From a virus (taxonomy: Duplodnaviria; Caudoviricetes), in IMG/VR virus record IMGVR_UViG_3300042885_000276, positions 1 to 61,870 of that record: a stretch of DNA of 61,870 nt. One strand, given 5' to 3'. The notes under the pieces were generated by a model, which had not been told where the DNA came from, ran no database searches, and saw nothing but the letters and a program-made list of their open reading frames with translations. A program made the position numbers and the translations under genes. Shown here piece after piece: positions 7,503 to 17,255 of the stretch (its first letter is position 1; the number at the start of each line of letters is the position of its first letter).

Positions 7503-8174
7503 ATGTCGTTCATCAAGGCGCACTGCGAATTAGTCACTTCTTCAGTATGGGAAGGTCCGTATCACCAGAGGATTGCGTGGATGGCATTGATGGTGACTTG
7601 TAAAACTAACGGCATCAGCCCGATTACCGAGGCGTCTCTTTACCGGGTGGCGAATATCACCAAGGAGGAAGCGGATGACGCCATTCTAGCTTTTACATCG
7701 CCAGACCCAAAATCACGCACCCCAGATAATGAAGGGAGACGTATCGAGCGAGTCAGCGGTGGATTCAAAATCCTAAACTATTTCCAGTATCGAGATATAA
7801 GGACTCCAGAACAAAAAAACGCCTACATGCGCGATTACATGAAAAAGTATCGCAAGCAGAAAAAGGACAACCTTTCGTGGGAAGAGGTTTACAAGATGGA
7901 GGCAGACGATGCCATGACACTCCCAATACCGGGAGAGTTTGATGCCTCAGTCGAGGCTGCAATAATCGACTTTCTCAATATGCGCTATGAGCTAGCGACA
8001 GCACCAAAGCGTAAGCAGGATCGAGTTCGTTTCTCTGCCTCCATGGCAAAAGCCCTTTTTGACGAAACCCGTGTAGCACTCATAACTCTAACGGCAGCCG
8101 AAGTGGCAGCTAAACTGCGTAATACAGCAATCAGCGGATATCGCTCACCGCGCTTCAACTCGATCTACCGATGA
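7503..8174 (+). CDS. Phage replication-organiser-like HTH protein
   Basis: SSVW...PDPKSRTPDNEGRRIERVSGGFKILNY..YR followed by a basic helix. Confidence 0.6.
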   Translation: MSFIKAHCELVTSSVWEGPYHQRIAWMALMVTCKTNGISPITEASLYRVANITKEEADDAILAFTSPDPKSRTPDNEGRRIERVSGGFKILNYFQYRDIRTPEQKNAYMRDYMKKYRKQKKDNLSWEEVYKMEADDAMTLPIPGEFDASVEAAIIDFLNMRYELATAPKRKQDRVRFSASMAKALFDETRVALITLTAAEVAAKLRNTAISGYRSPRFNSIYR

Positions 8175-8404
8175 ATATTCCAGAAACATTCAGGTTACCA
8201 GCAGAAGCCATGGCTGCTAGAAGACTAACTGGGATAACAGACGACAGCCAGCGCCAAAAGATCATCAATGAGATTTCGGAAGATGAGTGGAAGATCGACA
8301 GAATTGAATGGCGCAACTGGATGGAAATGATGAGGAGTAAATTTGCTAGAATGCACACAACACCACAAGAACGAGTAAATTATGAACGAAGAAACAGAAG
8401 ATGA
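8171..8404 (+). CDS. Hypothetical protein
   Basis: 77-aa ORF, ATGA overlap with the upstream gene. Confidence 0.6.
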   Translation: MNIPETFRLPAEAMAARRLTGITDDSQRQKIINEISEDEWKIDRIEWRNWMEMMRSKFARMHTTPQERVNYERRNRR

Positions 8405-8657
8405 ATGGGAAGAAAAATGCCGCAAAGAAGTTGCTGTCAGAGATGAGAAAACAAAGATTTTTGGTGTTTTGAGCGACAGGAATTTGCGCGGATACATGAC
8501 AAACTACGGAATACTTATCAGTATTGATAATGAACATGAGGATTGGTCGAAAGTATTAAGCGCCTCAATTTATGCTGAAAAAGTCAGAGAACTTATTGGT
8601 CTTGAGTCGCCTGATTATTCAAGAGATGAAATTCCAGCCACATCCACAATGGATTAA
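8382..8657 (+). CDS. Hypothetical protein
   Basis: 91-aa ORF within the operon. Confidence 0.6.
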   Translation: MNEETEDEWEEKCRKEVAVRDEKTKIFGVLSDRNLRGYMTNYGILISIDNEHEDWSKVLSASIYAEKVRELIGLESPDYSRDEIPATSTMD

Positions 8658-8686
8658 AAAAATTACCAGCTAACAAAAACAACCAC

Positions 8687-8715
8687 TTGCCTCCACCCAA
8701 GAAACAGCATAAGAT
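8687..8715 (+). promoter_or_regulatory. Sigma70-like promoter
   Basis: TTGCCT-N17-TAAGAT. Confidence 0.5.
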
Positions 8716-8756
8716 ATCCAATGGGAAACATTACCCACTGCTAAACCTAAAAATAT

Positions 8757-9215
8757 ATGAGAATCATTGACCCAACATGTACGATTGGACATCTAGCCAA
8801 AAATCCTGAGATAAGCGCAGCAAAACTTGCGTCTTGGTCATCAAAAGGCGTGGAGATTTGCAATGATAGTAAACTGTGGCGCTTGTATAGTGGAGATGAG
8901 CCATGCAGCAAAATGATCTCCGCTACTGTGATGGAGGCTTCCGCATGGAATAAAAATGCCAGAGCCTTTGCAGGATGGCAAGCGTCACTTGGACGAGTGG
9001 CCCTACCCATCTTTGAACTTCGTGAAGAAGATGACCCTGAAAAAACATCAATGTGGAAAATCACCTTCAAAGAAGGCAGCGTTGAAGATGTTGAACTTGT
9101 GTGTGCAGAAACAAAAGCGGAGGCTCGCCGTCAGTTTGACAAAATGGCAAGAGTTACTTGGGTTGTAAAAAGCATTGACAAGGTAGAGAAGAAACAAGTA
9201 AATATAAATCAATAA
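8757..9215 (+). CDS. Hypothetical protein
   Basis: 152-aa ORF. Confidence 0.7.
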   Translation: MRIIDPTCTIGHLAKNPEISAAKLASWSSKGVEICNDSKLWRLYSGDEPCSKMISATVMEASAWNKNARAFAGWQASLGRVALPIFELREEDDPEKTSMWKITFKEGSVEDVELVCAETKAEARRQFDKMARVTWVVKSIDKVEKKQVNINQ

Positions 9216-9219
9216 CCAT

Positions 9220-9453
9220 ATGGAAAAGAAGTTCTCTAAAACGATCAAGAATCCTGATACTGGCCGTGAAAAGACGGTGAAATACGGCCAAAAAGGCAGC
9301 AAAATTGGTCCTATTGGCAGCAAGCGTGCTGATGCGTATTGCGCTCGCAGCAACAATATCGCTGGCGATTGGCGCTCTGATTCCAATTCGCCAAATTCCT
9401 TGTCGCGTCGGAAATGGGGATGTTCGGGATCTAAAAGCGTAAAGAAGAAATAA
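9220..9453 (+). CDS. Small basic protein (DUF6321-like)
   Basis: KTVKYGQKG...RADAYCARS...SLSRRKWGC. Confidence 0.75.
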   Translation: MEKKFSKTIKNPDTGREKTVKYGQKGSKIGPIGSKRADAYCARSNNIAGDWRSDSNSPNSLSRRKWGCSGSKSVKKK

Positions 9454-9573
9454 CACCATGAATACTGAAACAGTCTGGATGTCAGTCATTATTCTTTTGA
9501 TGTCAGTCATTAATCTTTGCATTCTATTGGTCAAATGCCTGACTTAAATCGGAAAACATAATCTCAATCTACC

Positions 9574-9912
9574 ATGAAGGACTCCTGCTACAAAAAAGTC
9601 AAAGCAAGCTACGACGTGTTTCCATCGGCTCGCGCTTCTCAAGCCATTGCCAAGTGCCGCAAGGAAAGTGGCAATGTTCGCAAGACTGAAGCTGGCTCCA
9701 ATCTCAAGCGATGGGAGAAGGAGAACTGGAAAGACCAACGCACTGGCAAACCTTGCGGATCAGGTGGCGATAACGAGTATTGCCGACCAACGAAGCGAGT
9801 TTCATCCGATACGCCTAAAACGGCTAGCGAATTAGGGCGCAATAAGGTTCAGGCCAAGATGCGCGAAAAAGCCCGTGTTGGCATGGGTGCTAAAGTCAGT
9901 GCAGCTAAGTAA
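9574..9912 (+). CDS. Small basic protein (DUF5872-like)
   Basis: PSARASQAIAKCRK...LKRWEKENW...CG...YCRP..RVSSDTPKT. Confidence 0.75.
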   Translation: MKDSCYKKVKASYDVFPSARASQAIAKCRKESGNVRKTEAGSNLKRWEKENWKDQRTGKPCGSGGDNEYCRPTKRVSSDTPKTASELGRNKVQAKMREKARVGMGAKVSAAK

Positions 9913-9917
9913 CAATT

Positions 9918-10064
9918 TGCCCGCCGTGCCTGTGCTGGCCGAAGTACCTCGCCAAATCAGATTGGTAATTACCGACGAGAAAGTAGTGGTCGAAAAGCGC
10001 AAGAGAGCACACAACTTATGTGAAGAGGTTCAGCCTCGGATCGAGACTCTTGCGGCGGCGGGCA
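9918..10064 (+). ncRNA. Candidate structured non-coding RNA
   Basis: Closing 9-bp stem TGCCCGCCG/CGGCGGGCA; internal 8-bp CGCAAGAG/CTCTTGCG enclosing CACA/TGTG and GAGG/CCTC hairpins. Confidence 0.45.
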
Positions 10065-10084
10065 GCTAATTTCAATATATCAAT

Positions 10085-10678
10085 ATGGACGAAATGACAA
10101 AATCCCACAAGTGCCGAGTCAGGCATGGAGACTATCAGTTTATTAAAGGATCAGTCCTTGATATTGGCTGTGGTCCAGACGCCATCAAACTTAATCCACC
10201 ATCAACCGTTCGAGGTTGGGACTTGCCTGATGGAGACGCGCAATATCTGACCGGCGTTAATGACAAGTCGTTTGATTGTGTAGTGAGCGCCCATTGCCTG
10301 GAGCACATGAACGATCCAGAAGTAGCTCTTCAAAACTGGAGCCGAGTTCTCAAAGAGGGCGGATATGTGTACATTCTAGTTCCGCTCTACAGTGCTTATG
10401 AGAAGTTCCGCGACTTCCGCTTTGGCAGTTCTCATCAAGCACGTTTTAATCCAGATCACAAAACATCATGGGATATTGTTAGCGTGGACAAGCCGATGAA
10501 CCACGATCACTACGACTACAAACGCATCGTGCAAATGGGAAAAGATGCTGGATTGCACCTTGTTGATCTGCGTATGGAACTAGACGGCTTCCATTGGGAC
10601 AAGTGGAACGATCCTGATTTTGACTCGACTATGCACAATGGGCTAGCTCAGTTGTGCATTGTGTTCAATAAGATTTAG
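10085..10678 (+). CDS. Class I SAM-dependent methyltransferase (Methyltransf_11-like)
   Basis: VLDIGCG, FDCVVSAHCLEH, RVLKEGG..ILVP. Confidence 0.9.
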   Translation: MDEMTKSHKCRVRHGDYQFIKGSVLDIGCGPDAIKLNPPSTVRGWDLPDGDAQYLTGVNDKSFDCVVSAHCLEHMNDPEVALQNWSRVLKEGGYVYILVPLYSAYEKFRDFRFGSSHQARFNPDHKTSWDIVSVDKPMNHDHYDYKRIVQMGKDAGLHLVDLRMELDGFHWDKWNDPDFDSTMHNGLAQLCIVFNKI

Positions 10679-10682
10679 CATT

Positions 10683-12359
10683 ATGAATTTACTCCCGGTA
10701 GTCCTCAATATCGCGCCTCACGAAAAACGTCAGGCTGAACGCTTGGCGAAATATTTGAAGGAACTAGATGGCACCGAGGTAATTACGATGTCGTTTCAAG
10801 ACCCTCCTGGCATGCGTTATCCAGAGGTGGCAAATTTAGCGTTCAAGCAGTGCGCTAAAACGATGCGTGGTAAGGCTTTTATGTGGATTGAGTGTGACTC
10901 TATTCCAATCCAGAAGGGATGGCTCAAAGCGATTACTGATGAGTATGTGAAGCAGGGCAAGCCGTATCTTTATCCAAAGACTCGCAATCCACCATTTGAT
11001 AATTTTACGGGCATTGGCGTACAAGGACCGGACGCATACGAGCAAGCTCCAGTTGGATATACTACGGGCGGATTTGATGAGTGGATTTCTACCAATTTTC
11101 CAGATCAAATTGGACTCACTGATTTGATTCAACACTCGTATGGCTTCTATGATTCTAGGGGTGATGTCACACTCCACGAGTTCCCGCGTGATTTGCATAT
11201 TCTGCGAGATGATTCTGTGATCTTCCACAAAGATAACGCTCAGAGTTTAATCGACCACATCATGCCATCCATGAAGCGTGATGAGATTATTGGAGTCTCT
11301 GGAGTTGGTGATTTGGGTGATGCGGTGGTGAGCTTAGCAACACTCAAGCACCACGGCGGCATATTCGATTATTACGCCCGCGACAATGGATCAACCAAGG
11401 GATTTGTTGCAAGACTGCCGCTAATCAGGCCGCTGATCGAATCCCAACCATACATCAACTCTGTAAAAATCTGGAAGCGAGAGCCTATTGCTTGGGCATC
11501 AGAAGGCTTCAGGCCAAGTTGGCATGACAGAAGACGTAATCTTGCTACCTGCCATGCTCAGCATGCTCTTGACACGCACTTCATCGACACGCTACCAGAC
11601 ATGAGCAAGCCGTGGCTGACAGTTGAGCAAAACAAGAAGTTCAACGGCCTCATAGTCATCAATCGCAGTCCTCGCTACAATAATCCACATTTTCCATGGA
11701 GAGAGGTAGTTGAACACTATGGAAATCTTTTGTGCTTCATTGGATTGCCGCAGGAGCACGCTGATTTTGAGTATCATTTTGGCAAGGTTCGCTACATCGT
11801 CACACGCGATATGCTGGAAGTTGCACAGGCGATTGCCGGAAGTGAGTTGTTTATAGGCAACCAAAGCTCGTGCATGACAATTGCCGAAGGATTGAAACAT
11901 CCTCGAATCCTTGAGGGATCACTCATCATTCCAGACTGCATTTATCCAAAAGCGCATAACGCTCAGTATGTCTTTGATGGAACGGTTACTCTTCCAGCCG
12001 TCGCTCATGTTCCAGCAAAAAGCCTCAAGTCTAACGCCATTCATTGGTCAAATTTCGACACAACGATTGTGCCAAAAGTTGGACGTGGATACGGTTGGAT
12101 ATATGACCATGGAGGCATTCGGATTCAAGAAGGCACCGTGAGAAAAGTGGCATCCAAGGTATCCAAGCTACTTGGAATCAGCCATGAGCAGGCCGAAGCA
12201 GAGGTTGTTAAAGCCACTGTTAAAGCCGCGCCAAACTCTTTTAGTGGCAATCTACGCATGTCAAACATGACTGCTGCAATGGATGCCCTTCGTGAGAATG
12301 GCTACACAGATCATCCAATCTTTACTCTCATGAGTGGAAATATTGGAGATTTGCTTTGA
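10683..12359 (+). CDS. Two-domain glycosyltransferase-like protein (GT-A-like plus GT9/heptosyltransferase-like)
   Basis: N-domain WIECDSIP..GWL; C-domain GDLGDAV and AIAGSELFIGNQSSCMTIAEGL. Confidence 0.7.
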   Translation: MNLLPVVLNIAPHEKRQAERLAKYLKELDGTEVITMSFQDPPGMRYPEVANLAFKQCAKTMRGKAFMWIECDSIPIQKGWLKAITDEYVKQGKPYLYPKTRNPPFDNFTGIGVQGPDAYEQAPVGYTTGGFDEWISTNFPDQIGLTDLIQHSYGFYDSRGDVTLHEFPRDLHILRDDSVIFHKDNAQSLIDHIMPSMKRDEIIGVSGVGDLGDAVVSLATLKHHGGIFDYYARDNGSTKGFVARLPLIRPLIESQPYINSVKIWKREPIAWASEGFRPSWHDRRRNLATCHAQHALDTHFIDTLPDMSKPWLTVEQNKKFNGLIVINRSPRYNNPHFPWREVVEHYGNLLCFIGLPQEHADFEYHFGKVRYIVTRDMLEVAQAIAGSELFIGNQSSCMTIAEGLKHPRILEGSLIIPDCIYPKAHNAQYVFDGTVTLPAVAHVPAKSLKSNAIHWSNFDTTIVPKVGRGYGWIYDHGGIRIQEGTVRKVASKVSKLLGISHEQAEAEVVKATVKAAPNSFSGNLRMSNMTAAMDALRENGYTDHPIFTLMSGNIGDLL

Positions 12360-12367
12360 AATTCTAT

Positions 12368-12396
12368 TTGACCACTTTCAATCAAACCCTTATAAC
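12368..12396 (+). promoter_or_regulatory. Sigma70-like promoter
   Basis: TTGACC-N17-TATAAC, 11 nt before ATG 12408. Confidence 0.6.
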
Positions 12397-12407
12397 CAAG
12401 AAATCTT

Positions 12408-13454
12408 ATGCTCTTAGCTATTCCTGTTAGTGCCAGTGACGCCAAAAACCTGCCTCATACGGCGGAAATCTTCAAGAAGTTCGGTCCTTACGCTGGTTTC
12501 CAGTGTGCAATCTTTGCCCGTTTAGAAATTGAGAATGAAGCTCGCGTGTTTGCTGAGCAGATTAAGCCTTTATTCTCCAACCTAGACATTCACATTATCG
12601 ACTTCCACTCCAATGGAGCTACGGAAGCTGCCGCTAAGCATTTCCGCGCTGTTGCTCAGACGGTAAGCGAGAAATATACCGCTGGACCTTGGTACTTCTA
12701 TGAGTTGGATAATACGCCAATTCAAATTGGCTGGCTGAGTAAGCTCCAACGTGAGCATCACGAATCTGGTAAGGCTCACATGGGGGCAATCGTTCCAACT
12801 CGTGGATTTTCTATCATGCCAGACGGATCACTCAAGCCGTCATTTGGCGATCCTCACATGGTTGGCACCGGCATCTACCATCATGCAATGGGTGCTCTTT
12901 CGCCAAACATTGGTCAACTTGACCGTTCCATGCCTTGGGCTGGTCCGCTTGAGCCTTTTGACATCCGACTTCGTTATGAGGTTGTTCCACACGCTCACAA
13001 TACGATTCTCATCCAGCACAACTGGAACACGGGCAACTACCGAGTAGAAAATGGACAAATTGTCTGTGATGATCTTTCTGGCGATGTGAACCTTAGCCAT
13101 GCCAAGCCTTATGACGGTCACGCAGTAGTCGTTCACGGTTGCAAAGATGGAAGTCTCGCGAAACTGGTTTTGGCTGACAAGATCACCACTAAGGCTTCCG
13201 AAGCTAATAAGGTTGAACCAAAAACGGTGGTTGAAGAACCCAAAAGCCTTACTGGACAAGAGGGCCAGCTTCCATCTGTTGGATTCCTCGCCTTCCGCAT
13301 CAAGGGAGTTGTGGAAGCTAGTAAAGATCGCCTAACAGCCAAAAAGATTGCAGAGCAACTCGGCGTTAAGATTGAAGAGATCGTTTCAGCATGTTCCGAA
13401 AATGGAAGTGGATTGAAGGTTGCGGGACCGCCTAAATGGGTTAGCCTCGCATAA
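12408..13454 (+). CDS. Glycosyltransferase-like protein with C-terminal HTH-like segment
   Basis: FYELDNTPIQIGWL parallels WIECDSIPIQKGWL of the upstream gene; VVHGCKDGSL; LTAKKIAEQLGV. Confidence 0.5.
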   Translation: MLLAIPVSASDAKNLPHTAEIFKKFGPYAGFQCAIFARLEIENEARVFAEQIKPLFSNLDIHIIDFHSNGATEAAAKHFRAVAQTVSEKYTAGPWYFYELDNTPIQIGWLSKLQREHHESGKAHMGAIVPTRGFSIMPDGSLKPSFGDPHMVGTGIYHHAMGALSPNIGQLDRSMPWAGPLEPFDIRLRYEVVPHAHNTILIQHNWNTGNYRVENGQIVCDDLSGDVNLSHAKPYDGHAVVVHGCKDGSLAKLVLADKITTKASEANKVEPKTVVEEPKSLTGQEGQLPSVGFLAFRIKGVVEASKDRLTAKKIAEQLGVKIEEIVSACSENGSGLKVAGPPKWVSLA

Positions 13455-13456
13455 TT

Positions 13457-15733
13457 ATGGCTGATTCCACAAATACCCTTGAGTCTTATAATCCTCCCGT
13501 CGTAGATGACCGGGGCAAATTCCTTGACGAGCGAATCAAAGATGTTGGCGCTGCTCGAAGCCTTTGGTTCCGCCTCCAACAGGCTGATTTGAAATCGAAT
13601 CAGCAAATGGCAAAGGTTCAAGCAATGGTTGATGGCGCTCCTCCATTAGACCAAATGCAGCTTGCCAAGCAGGGTCTGGCATACATGTCCAACTTCAATC
13701 CAGGCGATGCTAAAGCTGTTCTGGATACGTCTCTTGCTGCGTTCTATGACCTCATTTCTGGCACCGAAAGCCTAATTGACCTTCGCACTAAATATGGTTC
13801 CGAACAGGAACGTCAAGAATGGTCGCAGAAGATGAGCCTGAATATGAGCCGCGTCATTCGTCGCTGGCCTCAGTTCAACTTCAAGTACAGCTACATACCG
13901 CACTACATGGTGCTACACGGTGTTGGTATTGCTTACTTCCAAGACCCTCTTAATTGGGAATGGGACGTAACGAATCTCGCCTACTTCAAGATTCCTCGTC
14001 AGACACGCGCCAACGAAGCTGAAATCCAATACGCCTGCCTCAAGAAGCTAGAGAATCCTGCTGACTTGATGAAGTACATCAATATGGGCGATATTGCTGA
14101 TGAGCAAGGATGGGATCGCGATCAACTCAAGAAGGCAATCATGAACGCCTCTGAGCAGATTCCAGACATGCTCAACTGGATGGAATGGGAAGCTCGCTGG
14201 AAAGACAACGACATCACCTATGGCGAGACGAGTCCGTCTATCTCTGTGATTTACATGTGGGTGCAGGAGCTTGATGGAAGCTACTCTATGTACGCTTTTG
14301 CCGAGAATGGTTACCCGATTACCGATGGAGTTCCTGAGAACTTCCTCTTCAAGCGTCGTCACCTTTATCGCAATGCTAGCGAGGCGTTTACCTTCTTCAC
14401 TCGCGGCATTGGCACCAATGGCAACTATCATGGTATTCGCGGACTTGGCTCTGACATGTTCAATGCCTTCCAGCAGTTGATGCGCTTGGAAAACAAGAAG
14501 GTGGATGTCGCTCAAACCGCTGGCCCACACTGGCAGGTTGAAAGCGAAGAAGCAGTCGAAAACTTCCGCATCGTTCCGTATGGCGCTGGCTATCTTGTGA
14601 CTCCTGGAGCAAACTTCGTCCAGGTTCAGCAGCCGAATATCATTCAGAACATTGAGCCAGCCGTTCAAAGTCTGCGTCAGACTTTCTACAACAATATTGC
14701 TCAATACACGAGCAGCAAAACGCTCGATACCGGCAGGGAGCTTTCCAAGTTTGAGGCGATGTCTCGAATGGAAATGGCATCGCAGCTTTCTGTGACTTCC
14801 ATCAACCTGTTCATGCAGCCGTTTGACCGCCTGATGAATGAAGTTGGTCGCCGCTTCTTCCGTCCTGGATACCAACGTGGTGAGCCTGGAGGAGAGGAAG
14901 TTTGGCAGTTCCGCCAAATGTGCCTTGAAGATGGCATTCCAGAAGAAGCATTGAAGAACATGGACTTGCGCTACACGCGAGCCAGCCGCTCCATTGGATT
15001 TGGTAGTCCTTCCGCACGTCGCTTGGCATACGAGAACCTGATGCCAATGTACCCGTATTACGATGAATACGGCAAGCAGACTCTCATCCGCAACTTCACT
15101 GGTGCTATCGCTGGCTGGCAGATGGCTGATGAGCTTACAACTCCTGCTGGAGCCAACCAGCGTCCACCGATTGATGCTGCAATTGCAGATGCTCAGAATG
15201 CAATTCTTGCTCAGGGTGCCACTCAGGCAATCCTGCCAAACGAAAACAAGAGCGTTCACTTGCAGGTTCATATTGCCAAGCTGACTGAGTTTTATCAGCA
15301 GTTTGACCAAGCGGGTCAGAATCCTGAGATGTATGCTCAGATCGTTCCGCCAATGGCAAACATCTTTGATCATGCCGCTCAGACTCTTGAGCAGTTCACT
15401 GGTCCAGAAGCTCCTCAATACCGCCAGCAACTCCAACAGTTCAATGAGATCATTGTCAATGGCTCGCGACACCTACAGAAACAGCAGGCGATGGAGGCGG
15501 AGGCATCTGGTCAACCTCAAGAAGATCAAGGACCGTCTGAGATTGAAATGAAGATGGCGGAGTGGCGTGCAAAAATGGATCAACGAGCCGAGGAGTTCCG
15601 TATGAAAATGGAACAACGCCAAGCCGATGCTGCTCAAGCTCGCGCTCTCAAAGATACCGCTGCCGCTGCCGCTATTGCCTTGAAGGGCGCTTCATATCAA
15701 GCGCAACAGGCATCCATTAGAAGTTCTCTATGA
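13457..15733 (+). CDS. Portal protein
   Basis: 758 aa, heads the head module, Q/A-rich helical C-terminal barrel-like tail; assigned by size and synteny. Confidence 0.65.
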   Translation: MADSTNTLESYNPPVVDDRGKFLDERIKDVGAARSLWFRLQQADLKSNQQMAKVQAMVDGAPPLDQMQLAKQGLAYMSNFNPGDAKAVLDTSLAAFYDLISGTESLIDLRTKYGSEQERQEWSQKMSLNMSRVIRRWPQFNFKYSYIPHYMVLHGVGIAYFQDPLNWEWDVTNLAYFKIPRQTRANEAEIQYACLKKLENPADLMKYINMGDIADEQGWDRDQLKKAIMNASEQIPDMLNWMEWEARWKDNDITYGETSPSISVIYMWVQELDGSYSMYAFAENGYPITDGVPENFLFKRRHLYRNASEAFTFFTRGIGTNGNYHGIRGLGSDMFNAFQQLMRLENKKVDVAQTAGPHWQVESEEAVENFRIVPYGAGYLVTPGANFVQVQQPNIIQNIEPAVQSLRQTFYNNIAQYTSSKTLDTGRELSKFEAMSRMEMASQLSVTSINLFMQPFDRLMNEVGRRFFRPGYQRGEPGGEEVWQFRQMCLEDGIPEEALKNMDLRYTRASRSIGFGSPSARRLAYENLMPMYPYYDEYGKQTLIRNFTGAIAGWQMADELTTPAGANQRPPIDAAIADAQNAILAQGATQAILPNENKSVHLQVHIAKLTEFYQQFDQAGQNPEMYAQIVPPMANIFDHAAQTLEQFTGPEAPQYRQQLQQFNEIIVNGSRHLQKQQAMEAEASGQPQEDQGPSEIEMKMAEWRAKMDQRAEEFRMKMEQRQADAAQARALKDTAAAAAIALKGASYQAQQASIRSSL

Positions 15734-16083
15734 TACCAGCAAATACACAAAAAACGCGACTCGAAAAATTCAGAGATGGAGATGGTCCTGGGCGTCTTTC
15801 TGCACTGCTCAAAGACCCAGTGATGATTGAAGCTCTAGCGATTATTGAAGAAAAGACCGAGCCTAACGACTCGATTCTGACTGGCCTTGTGCGCGATTAC
15901 AAGGCGGAAGCTCCTATGGTTATCTCTATGATCCACGCCGGACAGGCTGGCATTCGTCGCACGTTGCGATTGTTGAAAGCGTTGGCATTTAGACCTCAAG
16001 CTGACAACCAACACATGGACGCATTCACTCTTGAAGCGTACAGCCACATTGACGAAAAATATCTCGAACAGACCCATCAGTAA
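15730..16083 (+). CDS. Small helical protein between portal and scaffold
   Basis: 117 aa; typical podovirus gene position. Confidence 0.7.
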   Translation: MIPANTQKTRLEKFRDGDGPGRLSALLKDPVMIEALAIIEEKTEPNDSILTGLVRDYKAEAPMVISMIHAGQAGIRRTLRLLKALAFRPQADNQHMDAFTLEAYSHIDEKYLEQTHQ

Positions 16084-16088
16084 AATAT

Positions 16089-17252
16089 ATGGACACCGAA
16101 AACACACAGCCACCAGAATACGACGCAACAGCAGAAGCTCAAGCCATGTGGGATCGCGCCCAATCGTTCCTTCCAAAAGAGGAAGAAAGCGCCAAGGTTG
16201 AGGAGAAAGTTGCACCCACTGATCCAGAGCCATCCAAGGAAGATGTGAAGCGTGATGAGCCAGGGGAAAAGATCGAGGAAGTCACTGAAAACGATCTTCC
16301 AAAAGGATCTAAAGCTACTCCTGAAGCCATTTCCACATGGAAGGACATGAAGGCTGAGTTGAAACAGCTTCGTGAAGAACGCGACAGCTTGAAGAACACG
16401 CTTCCTGAAAAGGACAAGACTGTTCAGGAGAAGATGATCGAAATCGAAGAGATGCGGAAGAAGATTGCCGAGTTTGAGGGCAAGGATATTTCCGCATACG
16501 AGAGACGCATTTCTGAGATGGAATCTAAACTTGGTGAGCATGAGCAGTTCCGCTCCATTCACGATGTTCAGAACTCCACTGCCTACTATGAGTCCATCCT
16601 TGAACCTGCTGCCGCTATTGGTCAGGCAATTGAAGTGCTGGCAGGAGCAAATGATGTTGATGCAAAGACGCTTCAAGGCGTTTTGGAGATTAGCGATCCT
16701 ATTGAGCAGCGTAAAAAACTGCGTGAAGTGACCGAAGGCTGGCACCCAACAGATGCCGCTGAACTCATGGAGCATGCTCGCAATACTCAGACGCTTCTCA
16801 GGAAGTCGTCCGAGATGCTTGAGAATGCTGACAGGGCTAAGCAAGAGCTTTCATTCATGGAGCAAGAGAAAGCTCGCAGAGCCAAAGAGGATGAAGACAA
16901 GCAATTCTCGTCTGCTACCGAAGCTGCAAATAAGCTGCTCCAAGAGAAGATTCCTTTTCTCAAAGATAACAAAGATCTCATGGAGGCAGTCTCAAAGGCT
17001 GAGATCAGAAAAGACCCTGCTAGCATGGCTGTAGCAGCGCGTGCAAGCGTGATTCTTCCACATTTGTTGCGTCAGCTTGACGAGCGTAATGCCAAGATTT
17101 CCGAACTTGAGACTTCGCTAAAGTCACGCATTGCAGCTTCACCGCGTCCTTCTAGCACTTCTACGCCTGCGAGCACGAGCGATAACCTGCCTACTGGCTA
17201 CGACATGGATTCGATTATGGCTCGATTCCAAGCGCACCAGCGGCAAGGGTGA
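16089..17252 (+). CDS. Capsid scaffolding protein
   Basis: Acidic disordered N-terminus, long coiled coils, upstream of the MCP. Confidence 0.65.
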   Translation: MDTENTQPPEYDATAEAQAMWDRAQSFLPKEEESAKVEEKVAPTDPEPSKEDVKRDEPGEKIEEVTENDLPKGSKATPEAISTWKDMKAELKQLREERDSLKNTLPEKDKTVQEKMIEIEEMRKKIAEFEGKDISAYERRISEMESKLGEHEQFRSIHDVQNSTAYYESILEPAAAIGQAIEVLAGANDVDAKTLQGVLEISDPIEQRKKLREVTEGWHPTDAAELMEHARNTQTLLRKSSEMLENADRAKQELSFMEQEKARRAKEDEDKQFSSATEAANKLLQEKIPFLKDNKDLMEAVSKAEIRKDPASMAVAARASVILPHLLRQLDERNAKISELETSLKSRIAASPRPSSTSTPASTSDNLPTGYDMDSIMARFQAHQRQG

Positions 17253-17255
17253 TGC

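Noticed and set aside
9478-9520. Tandem GATGTCAGTCATTA repeat as an operator
   Set aside because: Explained as an in-frame 21-nt duplication inside a small hydrophobic ORF starting near 9458
14048-15472. 474-aa antisense ORF inside the portal gene (similar ones inside scaffold, MCP and the giant gene)
   Set aside because: No motifs; expected shadow of biased codon usage on the coding strand
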